DNA of 20,000 nt from assembly GCA_010015805.1 (NCBI GenBank), contig ML978128.1, forward strand, positions 1,850,749 through 1,870,748, in the 5' to 3' direction. Source of the stretch: Rhizodiscina lignyota (lineage: Eukaryota). The notes beneath the pieces are model-generated. The model was not told the DNA's origin and did no database searches. It saw nothing but the letters and a program-made list of their open reading frames with translations. The translations under genes and the position numbers were made by a program. Below, in pieces: positions 10,260 through 20,000 of the stretch. The first letter of the stretch is position 1. Every line of letters begins with the position of its first letter.

Positions 10260-10908
10260 ATCAGTTGACGGATTCTGCTCGCGTTTGATCGCGCTGTACA
10301 TAGCCTCTACCGCGTATCGGAGAGACCAGGGCTTGCTGCTCGACACCTGCATGCAGGCCATATGAAGACAAACACGTCGAAAATAAGCCTTTACATTGTG
10401 CCCACTTGACGCTTTCAGTTTCCTTCCTCCGTGTACCAAACGCCAATTTTCCAACGGGCGAAGGCCAGGCCAGTCGAGCGCGGCATCCTTCGACTCCCTT
10501 GCTCCCCCGCATTTCTCCACGATTAAATTACCACACTGCCTAAAATTGTATTTACGTGATAAATATTGCCGAGCCTGTAGCTGAAGGAGTACATACTTGG
10601 CATCGGAAACGTGATCCAATCGGCAAGCCGAATCTCTTCATACCAAGCTTTGGGGGCCACGATCGCCCACGATGTTCACGAGTCGGCATCCCGGATGAGG
10701 CTATTTTGAGCGCAGGACAGCATCAGTGGGTGCCTTCCCGAGTGAGATCACCCCGTGTTCTGGAGTTGAAGGGCGGTATGGTCGCACATTCGATGAAGCG
10801 TGATTTGCTTTGCTATATTGATGCTTTGTTGGATCCTCTCTAACTCCGTGAGACTGTATGCTGCTAAATATGGCCTTCACAAACACGCTTCATCTTCTGC
10901 ATCTCTAG

Positions 10909-10914
10909 TATAAA
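10909..10914 (+). promoter_or_regulatory. Possible TATA box of the small secreted protein gene
   Basis: TATAAA lies about 135 nt upstream of the ATG at 11048. Confidence 0.4.
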
Positions 10915-11047
10915 TGTGCTGGAAGAGGCTGGAGTTCAGCAAAATTCTTCATGATTTAAGCTATTCGTCAGACAAGATTTTAACTACAACGCTTTTGAGA
11001 AAGCTCCACATTGTTGAGATTCACTACAAATTGCGAACACCTCAGAC

Positions 11048-11437
11048 ATGTACCTCTCCAACTTCGTACTCTTTGCTTCGCTCAGCTTCGTTGGTGCATG
11101 GGAGGCAGGATTTTGGTCAACAGATGGCCGCAATATCCAAGCTCATGGCAACTCTGAAGGCATTTTGGCCAAATGCATCAACCTGAAGACGCCGCTGCCG
11201 CTTGGCCAGGTAAGACCTCATCGCTGGCGACAAGATTGCCCTCACACTGATGATCGATAGGTTACCTTTGACGCTCATTCAGGCAAGACGTGCTCGCGCT
11301 GCCCCGATCCGAGCGCGATTGCGGTGTACGGTGGGAGAGATTGCGAGAAGAGCACGATCATGTACAGCGGCAATACCAATAGAGTCGGTCAGAATGTTTG
11401 GACTCCGGGAATTGCGCGGAGCTATAAGGTGCTATGA
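11048..11437 (+). CDS. Small secreted cysteine-containing protein (112 aa, candidate effector), function unknown
   Basis: Exon 1 is 11048-11209. A 51-nt intron spans 11210-11260 (CAG/GTAAGA..ACTGAT..ATAG/G). Exon 2 is 11261-11437. Spliced product: MYLSNFVLFASLSFVGA-WEAGFWSTDGRNIQAHGNSEGILAKCINLKTPLPLGQVTFDAHSGKTCSRCPDPSAIAVYGGRDCEKSTIMYSGNTNRVGQNVWTPGIARSYKVL. It has a signal peptide and 4 Cys. Confidence 0.82.
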
Positions 11438-11470
11438 TCGGAGTATTGGTTCGGTCAATATCGCGATCGT

Positions 11471-13432
11471 TTAGGTGATTGGAAAGTCCTGGAGCTGCGG
11501 GGATGTGCCGTCAGCATTTCGGAGCGCCTCTCCATTCATGAATCCATCAACGTAACATTCTCCAATGAACTCGTATGTCGCTTTTCCAGTGCGTGGTCGG
11601 AGGACCAGGGGCACACTGCAACCGTGAAGAACACAGATGATATCTTCGGGCTGGGCAATGGCCGGGGCCATGGCGAGGTAGCCTTTCTTTGTTGTCGACA
11701 GTCGTCGCGCCATTTTCAGTGTAGTGTCACGGAATCTTGCCAGGAATGAGTCCCAATCGTCGCGGTTGAACAGGTCAACATCTGACACCCCGATTGCGGC
11801 CGCTGCTTGATTTACAATGACTTCTAGGCTGTGTCCTCGAATATTGAGGGACATGTTCGAAGATAACCAAGCGCCGAACATTCTATCAACTCCCGCTGGA
11901 TTGGATAGGGCCACTGAGCAAAACCTTTGAAAATCTCGGACATATTGCTCTATTGGTGCTGGATGAGAGAGATATCGATCCTTCCGGTCAAGGACTAAGC
12001 AACGACAAATATCTTTCATAACACTAGCTGCGAGGTTGTGCGTGATTGAGGCTTCGTTGCGGCGACTATCGTTGCGGGGCGGTACTCTGGACTTTGGTGA
12101 AGACTTCGTGGTCTCAAAATTCTCCTCTGAACCAGAAATATAGGTCCCAAGTTCCTCCAATGTGTCAATGAGAACTCCTTTACAATGCAGTGTGCCGTCA
12201 TCCTCGATGTCCTCGGGAGGTAGTGAGCTGTCTGCTGCGGAGTAAGATATCGAATAGTCGGATGCTTTCTTCAGAGGTCGTAGATTCCCAATATGCGCTC
12301 CAGCACTCTGGCTCACCATCAACGGGGTCACCATCGGTTCAATGTTGACTCTCCAATCCGGAACCCAGGAAGGAAGTGAGTTTCGCACGTGTGGATCCAG
12401 ATTCCGGAAGATCTGTGCAAAGCATACAATGTCCAAACTTTTATATCTCTTAATGAATGCTAGCACAAACTGCCGAAATACCGCCTCGGCACTCAAATGG
12501 TAGTCCGGTCGAATGAGGGCATAGTCGGATGCCAGACCAAGCAGAGAATAGATCCGATCCCGTATGTCAGTTGCTAGGTGATCACTGACGAAAGCTACTA
12601 ATGCGATCAGCTTCAGTGGTAGCTGCGTTGTGCCTTTTTCTTGCCGCACTTCATTTTCCTGGAACCACTGGAAAATGCGACGTCTGTTCCAGGCGGGAGT
12701 ATATGCCGCTTTGCTAATCGGAAAGTCACCCGAACCAAGAGGAGTACACAACCAGAGGGCATACAGGGCTGATGAGAAGTTCCTCAGGGTCATATTGCTT
12801 GAGCCGCAGTAAAATCTCACATCCCGGGAAAGGACGAGTTCCTGAACCGTCCAGACTCGGGTCCACCAAGGTCTGAGGAGAAGGCTGTCGACAGCGTCCC
12901 ACTTAGCCTGATACTTGTCTTCACGAAGGCCGGATGCGATTAGTTTCCTCGCCAATTCCGCTTCGCTGCCTCTCGGTTCGCGATCAAACTTCCATCGTCT
13001 CCCGGAAAGCTTACGGAGGAAATTTATTGCATCGTCGCTGTCTGCTGAAGCTGGCCCAAGCCAAATGATCGTTTCTGCCGCATAGAAATAGACGGCACCC
13101 ATTTGAGCAACTTGTGAGCTCTTTTCAATAATGTCATCTTCATTGATGCATATCGAATCGATCCACCACCACATATCTTTAAAATCAGCTTCTTCTCGGA
13201 GTATGTCCATGAACGGCTGGAGAGATTCTGGAATGAGCAAGGCTTTTCCGTCGACTCTGAATGGCCATAGTCGCGATTTGTCGCCCCACGTATATGATAG
13301 AGTCGTGTATTTCGGGCACGACTGTCGCTTAAATGTCTTCAAAGCTCCTGTGGCAAGTCCATCTGCCGAATGGGATACTTTCAGAAGCCGGATCTCATCT
13401 TCGTGTAACTCTGAATACGCATACTTCCCCAT
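11471..13432 (-). CDS. HET-domain protein, HET-6-like heterokaryon incompatibility family (653 aa, intronless)
   Basis: HET motifs are EIRLL, YTTLSYTWG, WWWIDSICINEDD..EKSSQVAQMGAVY..AAETIIWLG and RPWWTRVWTVQE. HET-6-type downstream motifs are DIRDRIYSLLGL, IRPDY, LPSWVPDW, DIICVLHGCSVPLVLRP and FIGECYVDGFMNGE. Confidence 0.95.
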   Translation of the reverse strand: MGKYAYSELHEDEIRLLKVSHSADGLATGALKTFKRQSCPKYTTLSYTWGDKSRLWPFRVDGKALLIPESLQPFMDILREEADFKDMWWWIDSICINEDDIIEKSSQVAQMGAVYFYAAETIIWLGPASADSDDAINFLRKLSGRRWKFDREPRGSEAELARKLIASGLREDKYQAKWDAVDSLLLRPWWTRVWTVQELVLSRDVRFYCGSSNMTLRNFSSALYALWLCTPLGSGDFPISKAAYTPAWNRRRIFQWFQENEVRQEKGTTQLPLKLIALVAFVSDHLATDIRDRIYSLLGLASDYALIRPDYHLSAEAVFRQFVLAFIKRYKSLDIVCFAQIFRNLDPHVRNSLPSWVPDWRVNIEPMVTPLMVSQSAGAHIGNLRPLKKASDYSISYSAADSSLPPEDIEDDGTLHCKGVLIDTLEELGTYISGSEENFETTKSSPKSRVPPRNDSRRNEASITHNLAASVMKDICRCLVLDRKDRYLSHPAPIEQYVRDFQRFCSVALSNPAGVDRMFGAWLSSNMSLNIRGHSLEVIVNQAAAAIGVSDVDLFNRDDWDSFLARFRDTTLKMARRLSTTKKGYLAMAPAIAQPEDIICVLHGCSVPLVLRPRTGKATYEFIGECYVDGFMNGEALRNADGTSPQLQDFPIT

Positions 13433-14096
13433 GGCAGCCGCCGGCCAGGTGGATGGTGAGGGACAAAGCTGTAAGGGATTCTATGTTAAATACGATCTTG
13501 CATTCCACGACCGACAGAAACCCTAGCCCTTGTCACCGCGCTTAGTAATGCGATCGGATATATAAAGACTCAAGTCGAGCGTTGCATTCCATCTCTCGTG
13601 GCTAGAGGTGCTAGACGATTGGACTCCGTCAATGCAGTACGTGCCCGATGAGGTAGTCTAGGCAATGAATCTGCTCATCGGTGTGGAGCTTCGCGCTGTC
13701 GGGGCGATACTCATGCGGGAGAGGACACGCACATCTCACCGGTCAAAAGTTCGCAAAATTGCCAGCCTGTGTCCTCGAGTTCCAATCATTTTATCCCACT
13801 CCCTTCCCAGATGATTCACCCGATTGAATAAGCCTCACTCACTCTTCTCGACGAACTTGCCTTCCTCCACAAACTCTTCACGACCGATCATTCAAGAGGC
13901 GCTTAACTTCCCGATCTCATGTTATCAGCATCTAACGTAATCAGTCGCTCGCTTAGTCATCCAGCTTTTTCCTTCACAAAGGCAAGCACGCACAACCTTA
14001 TATTCACCTCCGCGCTTCATACACCTTCATATTGCCTCTCCTCAACGCATCCTTTGAGGTCTACAAGTCCAGCTCCATGGCTTAAATTCACTCACA

Positions 14097-17000
14097 ATGT
14101 CTACCACTCTTGAAGAATGGTATCAGAATGCGTACACTCGTCGCGTTGATCTAGTGGGTGATTATGCAGGTGCCGAACTCTTTCTTGTGGAGGGAGACTC
14201 CATCCTGCTTCATGAATTTTCCGATCCTCACCTAGACTTCAACGATAACGGCTTTCAACTGCTTCACGCTGCGTATAATGTGGAATTCTTCCTTAAAAGG
14301 TTGATTGCGCGCAATTGCAAGTTCCACGTCGCATTCTTTGATGATCATGAAGAGCTTTGCGTGCCAGCTACAGCGACTGCAAGCAACCGACAGAAGTATC
14401 TCCTTGCGCGTGCGGCAATCATACGACACTTGAAACTCAACGTGACTGACGAATTTCCAACCTTCACTTTCCCGTCGGCATCATGTACAGAGTTTCAAGA
14501 GTATCTCCAAGATACCGGGATGTACTTTGTTATGTGCCATGACGGTGCTCACAGCAGCGACGCCAGCAAGTCCCACTTGCGCTACTTTATGCATTTTCTG
14601 GTTGCAAGAGGATACAACATAGCTCTTCTCAATGGAATTGAGTTTCATGACTCAAAGGTATGCAACTGCACCTCTCTGGAGTTCTACGAAACGTCCCTGA
14701 CTACATACAGATCATGACCTTGGTGCTTGAAGATAGGCGCCATGGGGCAGACTTTCCTCGGCCTCCGCGAATCTACGCGAATGGCGCAGATACCACAAAT
14801 TCGGCCGACACCACCTCCGTCAACAAAAACGGAATAAATGCCCTTCTCAAGTTGGGTGATGAACAACTCTCTGAGAGGGAAGTACTTTCACTTCTCTGTC
14901 TAGCGCAGCTGTCTAAAGAGAATGCTATCCCTGCTGAAGCTGCGTTCTTGTTCATCTTCCATACTGCCATCCTCGCCCATGCGCCCTTGGCAGGGCGTTG
15001 CTTCATCTCTGAAAACTGCTCACCTGAAACGGTCGACCTTGTGAATCGGATCACGAATTGTGCGTCTGCACTACTGAAAGTTCCAGAAGTTGTTCAGTAT
15101 CTGGACAACCAAACGGCCAAACGAGACTTGGTCGACTTTATCGATGTCAGACTACTCACTGCGCTGTCTCACCACAAAGATTGGCTTTTCGCAAAACTTG
15201 TGGGCAGCGGCCCAGTCGTAAAAAGATTTCAAATGTTGGCATCGGTGTTAAAGAAGCTGTTGGCCGCCAATGAACTGCCGCCGGCCGCTTTCACTGCACC
15301 AAACGGTGAAGCTGTGGCAAACGGAATCTCTACACATATCGAGCCAAGCCAAAGTGCGCGACTGATCTCAATTCTACCATTTGCGCATCCAGTTTTCGAT
15401 GGCATTCTCAGCCCGATTCATCTGTCAATCGACACCGCAAGCACAGTGGAACTATCGACCGCGACATCGCAAATCTTCAGTGAGCTGTCACATTGGCACA
15501 ACTCGAAGAAGCCTCTTGTTCAGCAAGGCCACCAAGTACAAAAGCTCACCTTCTGGGCAAATAAGCGAAATCAAAGATTCATGGCCGAAATGACTGCATA
15601 TGCGGCAAGCTTGACGAATGCTGCGGGCAAAGTTCTTGAACCTGAAACGATTATAGTCAAGTCTGGCAGTAAACCCTCGAGCTCGAGCCAAAAGGAGAAT
15701 CGGCAGCCGGCGAAGAAGGAGGCGAAGAGTGGGGCCAAACCAGGCGCTACGAATAAGAAAGGTGGTAAAGCTGCTGCTTTGGAAGCTGCCGCAACCACCA
15801 AAGCCAAAAAAGTGAATCAAGAGGAAGCAAAGTTCTTTTCGGCATGGGATTCTTATTGTCGTGAATTCCAAAAAGTAGATACCCCCGTGGAGAAATATAT
15901 AAAGGCCGACAAGTACCTCAATGGACTCTCAAAGCAGGGAACGGCAGTTGTGGGCTCTGAGTTGGAGCTATTCAAGATGATTTGTCTCTTCGACATATGG
16001 GTGGAGAGCCGGTCGAAGGTGGAAAAGAATAGTGCAACAAAATCTTCCGACACCAGCTCCCTTCCGGCGATCGGGTATATTGCAATAATCTGGGATATTG
16101 CAACGAGGCTCTCACGCGACCATTCAAGCACTGCTAAAACCGTCGCTGTGGCCATCAATGACATGCTCTCATCCCTTGGTCTACCGACCCTGACGTTCAC
16201 CGAGCAGACATCAGCGAGACAGCTTCCCTTCAAGGTGCCATTCGCTTCGAAAACGTCGAAGTCAAAACAGCCCAACACTCATACTTCAATATCGCAAGAT
16301 CCTCGAGTGTTTCAGGTCCAGCATTGTGGACCGTATTTCGACAGATCCTTCGATGCTGCACCTGATGCAAGGGTACCGTTCCAGCCTGATGGCTGGCAGA
16401 GAAGGGTTTTGGATGCCATTGACGAAGATAAGAGTCTGCTCGTACTTGCACCAACAAGTGCAGGCAAAACCTTTATCTCTTTCTACGCAATGAAACAAGT
16501 CCTCGAAGCCGATGATGACGGCGTTCTAGTCTACGTTGCACCCACCAAAGCTTTAGTCAATCAAATCGCTGCAGAGGTCCAGGCACGATTCTCCAAGAAT
16601 ATCAAGCACGCAGGGAGGTCAGTGTGGGGCATCCATACGCGCGATTATCGAATCAACAATCCAACGGGGTGCCAGGTGCTTGTGACCGTACCGCACATTC
16701 TGCAGATCATGCTTCTTGCACCGTCGAACGCCGAAAGGAAGAGCTCTTGGTCAAACAGAATTCGCCGGATTATCTTCGACGAAGTTCACTGCATCGGGCA
16801 AGCTGAAGATGGCCTTATATGGGAGCAGCTGCTACTTCTTGCCCCATGTCCAATAATTGCACTTTCTGCAACCGTTGGGAACCCTGAAGACCTTGGGGCG
16901 TGGTTGAGAAGTACGCAAAAGGCTATCGGCAAGGAGTTCGTCACAATACAGCATCATACACGTTACTCTGATCTTCGAAAGTATGTCTACAACCCTCCAC

Positions 17001-19429
17001 AGCAGTTTGGGTTTTCTCCAATGAAGCAGCGTAAGACGATAGCAGTCCCTGGATTAGACAATTCTCCCGCATTTGGCTTTTTCAATCCTGTTGCCAGCTT
17101 GGTCGACAGATCAAGAGGAATTCCGGAAGATCTCGCGATGGAAGCACGAGACTGCTATGCACTCTACAAGTCGCTTTCGGCACACCAGAACGACAACTTC
17201 AAGCTGAATTCGAACCTCGATCCAGCTAAAGCTCTTCCAGAGGTTATCCGCAAGCCGGATATCTTGAAATGGGAGAAAAGTCTGAAGGATGTTCTTCGAC
17301 AATGGATGAAGGATCCTAAATCTCCTTTCGAATCCGTTCTGAACGACCTCAGCAAGACAGCAGCTCAGATGACCGTCCGAGAGAGCAACTCGCCTCTGAG
17401 TGCTGCTATGCGTCGTGTAGACACAGGCAGCATTTCTTCTACAACTCTCCCTTTGCTGCTGGATTTACACGAAAAGGATGCGCTGCCGGCCATCTTGTTC
17501 AACTATGACCGATACTACTGTGAGAAAATTGCCAAGACTGTGATGTCTGAGCTCCAGAACGCCGAGGACTCGTGGAAATCGGAAAGCACAATATGGCAAA
17601 AGAAGCTTGCTGCATACCAAGAATGGAAAGATATGCAAGAGAAAGCCGCATCGAAAGCTAAGAAAGCTCCCTCCGCGAAGCAGAAAGGCAAGAAGCAGAA
17701 AAACGATGAAGATGGAGGTGGAGACAACGAGGACCAAAATGATAACTTCGACGATCAGTCTACTCCAATGGCAAGCTTCGACCCAACCGCGCCCGTGGAT
17801 GGGTTCCATTTCGCGGATTGGAGGCATCTGTTACCTTCAGAATTTGATGAATATAGAAAGGAATTGTCATGGCGAGGCGTTCCTGCTTGGCTTGTTGAGG
17901 CATTGACGAGAGGAATTGGCGTACATCACGCTGGTATGAACCGCAAGTATCGTCAAGTTGTCGAAATGCTGTTCCGAAAGGGATTCCTCAAGGTTGTCGT
18001 GGCAACTGGTACCCTGGCGCTTGGTATCAATATGCCGTGCAAGACCGTTGTCTTCTCTGGAGATTCCGTATTTTTGACAGCTCTCAACTTCCGCCAAGCA
18101 GCAGGTCGAGCTGGTCGTCGTGGATTCGATGTCCTTGGAAACGTGGTATTCCAGGGGATTAGCTTCAACAAGGTCTGTCGCTTGCTAAGCTCACGGCTGC
18201 CAGATCTGAATGGCCATTTTCCGATTACGACTTCTTTGGTGCTTCGGTTGTGCACGCTGCTGCATGAAACGAAAAACTGTGACTTTGCCACTAAAGCCGT
18301 CAATGGTTTGCTCTCCCAGCCGAGACTTTACCTTGGCGGCACCGAAGCAAAAATGACGGTCCTGCACCATTTGCGCTTTTCTATTGAATACCTGCGACGC
18401 CAATCACTTCTTGCCGCAAATGGAGCGCCTCTGAACTTTGCTGGTCTTGTATCGCATCTCTACTACACGGAAAATTCCGGGTTCGCATTCCACGCTCTAT
18501 TGAAGGGCGGGTACTTTCATGAGATTTGTGCCGATGTCGACAAGCGACCAAAAGACGTCCTTCATGAGCTTATGGTGACAATGGCGCACTTGTTCGGGCG
18601 GGAGCCATGTCGACAAGCCGACGAAGAGTTTATTGAGGAGGTTGTGAAGCGGTCCTCATCCATCGTCTTTCTACCTCCGATGCCTAAGGCTGCAGAGGTG
18701 ATGCTGCGAGAGCACAACGCAGAAACGCTCTCCATCTATCGAACATACGTCGCGACTTTCGTTGATCAGCATATTAAAGACCCAGACAGGCAACTTCCAC
18801 TGTCTAGACTTGCCATTGGCCCAGATGAGGAAGCGAATACTGTCAGCGTGCCGGGTTGCTCAACACCTGTCCGACTCCGTTCGCCATTTGTTGCGCTCTC
18901 GGGACATGGCGATGAGTTCAAAAGCATCCACGATCTCTGTCACACCGTCCGAAGCGGCGTCTTTCTTGAGGAGAACGTAATTCCGCATGTCACTCTGTAC
19001 CCACAAGAGTCCGATGCTCCGCTCAACGCCTATCTTCTAGACTTCTTCAAACACGGGGATGTTAAGCAGTTGCAGGTGGCAAATAGAATCCAGCCCGGAA
19101 ATGTCTGGTTCATGCTGAATGACTTCAGCATGGTTCTCGCTACGATCGTCACAAGCTTAACGAATTTCATCAAGGCCGGCGGTGATGACGATCTGGATAT
19201 GAGCGATGTACGAGGGAGTGGTGATGTTGCGGAAGAGCTTGCGGGAGAATCGAAAGCCAATGGGAAAGCTACGGCAGATGACGATGACGAGGACAAGAGC
19301 GATAATGCGACAGACATTTCGCTACCTTCTTGGACGGCGGATGGCGGCGCTGGTTTGCCGCACGTTCTCAAAGCCTTCGAAATGCTTAAGGACGAGTTCA
19401 ATGAGAAGTTCAAGGCCATGTGGGCCTAG
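14097..19429 (+). CDS. DDX60-like Ski2-family (SF2) DExH-box RNA helicase (about 1759 aa)
   Basis: The ATG at 14097 is in a CACAATG context. Exon 1 is 14097-14657. A 53-nt intron spans 14658-14710 (AAG/GTATGC..CCTGAC..TACAG). Exon 2 is 14711-19429. Helicase motifs are PDGWQ (Q), APTSAGKT (I, 16448-16471), YVAPTKALVNQ (Ia), IIFDEVH (II), ALSAT (III), GIGVHHAGM, VATGTLALGINMPCKTVVF (V) and FRQAAGRAGRRGFD (VI). The N-terminus VDLVGDYAGAELFLVEGDSILL and the overall size and architecture fit the DDX60 subfamily. Confidence 0.92.
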
Positions 19430-20000
19430 AGTTCCAACGATGACGTTCTATCGAAGGATATGTTCAGCATAGAGGGTACAGCTGGGGCCGTGCATACGAC
19501 AATGGAATACGAATCGGTGGCTGGAATACGATTTCATGCGGAGTTCAAACGGATTTGCGAGAAATGCTCGTTAGGGAGTTCAAAAAAAAATCTCCACACT
19601 CACGGCTTTTGTCCTTTGTGGTGTGGCAATTCAATAGTTTTTGATACCCCTAAATTGTATATGGTATTCAACGATTGAGCTCATTCTCCTACAGAGTGTA
19701 CCATACTCAATACGTATCGCCAGACTCTGCCGGAATGATTATGAGTCCTGCGATTCTCACTTTCCAAGTCGCAGTACACTATTCACTGCTACGGAGGAAA
19801 AAAAGGGGTATCCAACTATAGCGCTGTATACTAGGGGAATCAGCAAATACGATGTGCACTCTATTTCCAGTGATTAGAGAAGCTGCACAGCCTCGTAGGC
19901 GCTTTGGACGATTTTCAGCAACTCTTCGCATACCCAGCATCTTCAAAGCTTGACAGCTAAATAGACTAGAATAATGCACTTAATATCATTCCAGAAACCG

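Noticed and set aside
9933..10886. 228-aa antisense ORF overlapping the GGT end, and small ORFs at 10261-10886
   Set aside because: There are no recognisable motifs, the starts are non-ATG, and I could not build a consistent spliced model. The region is probably intergenic, though a degenerate relic cannot be excluded without a translated search.
1..11437. Ustiloxin-like RiPP (dikaritin) cluster suggested by MFS, GST, GGT and a small secreted peptide
   Set aside because: There is no DUF3328/UstY oxidase or tyrosinase, and neither secreted protein has repeated Kex2-flanked core peptides.
13518..13530. Telomere-like AAACCCTAGCCCT
   Set aside because: Fewer than two proper TTAGGG units, so consistent with chance.
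14684..19472. Many antisense and alternative-frame ORFs inside the helicase gene, and K/D-rich low-complexity inserts
   Set aside because: The ORFs are shadows of a long coding frame. Charged low-complexity linkers are expected in this helicase family.
19460..20000. Small ORFs downstream of the helicase
   Set aside because: They are short, carry no motifs, and lie in AT-rich sequence with poly-A runs typical of 3' UTR or intergenic DNA.

Overview
Eukaryotic, gene-dense window from a filamentous ascomycete, judged from short GT-AG introns with CTRAY branch points and the gene families present. After manual splicing I find eight protein-coding genes: (1) a DHA1-type MFS transporter (minus strand, runs off the left edge); (2) a secreted GH28 exo-polygalacturonase-like hydrolase whose promoter has a GARE (TCCNCCAAT) and clustered CreA sites; (3) an uncharacterised secreted or signal-anchored protein with an acidic tract; (4) a FAX/metaxin-like GST-fold protein, divergent from (5) a secreted gamma-glutamyltranspeptidase with an unusual T-S-A instead of T-x-H at the nucleophile; (6) a 112-aa, 4-Cys small secreted protein that the ORF track splits and misses; (7) an intronless HET-6-like heterokaryon incompatibility protein; and (8) a DDX60-like Ski2-family RNA helicase with an N-terminal PIN-like region. 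The most intriguing area is 11.0-19.4 kb. There the HET cell-death-domain gene lies head-to-head with the DDX60-like helicase and tail-to-tail (33 nt gap) with the small secreted protein, which could be a non-self or antiviral defence locus. That functional link is a hypothesis from adjacency only. No rRNA, tRNA, CRISPR array or recognisable transposon was seen.
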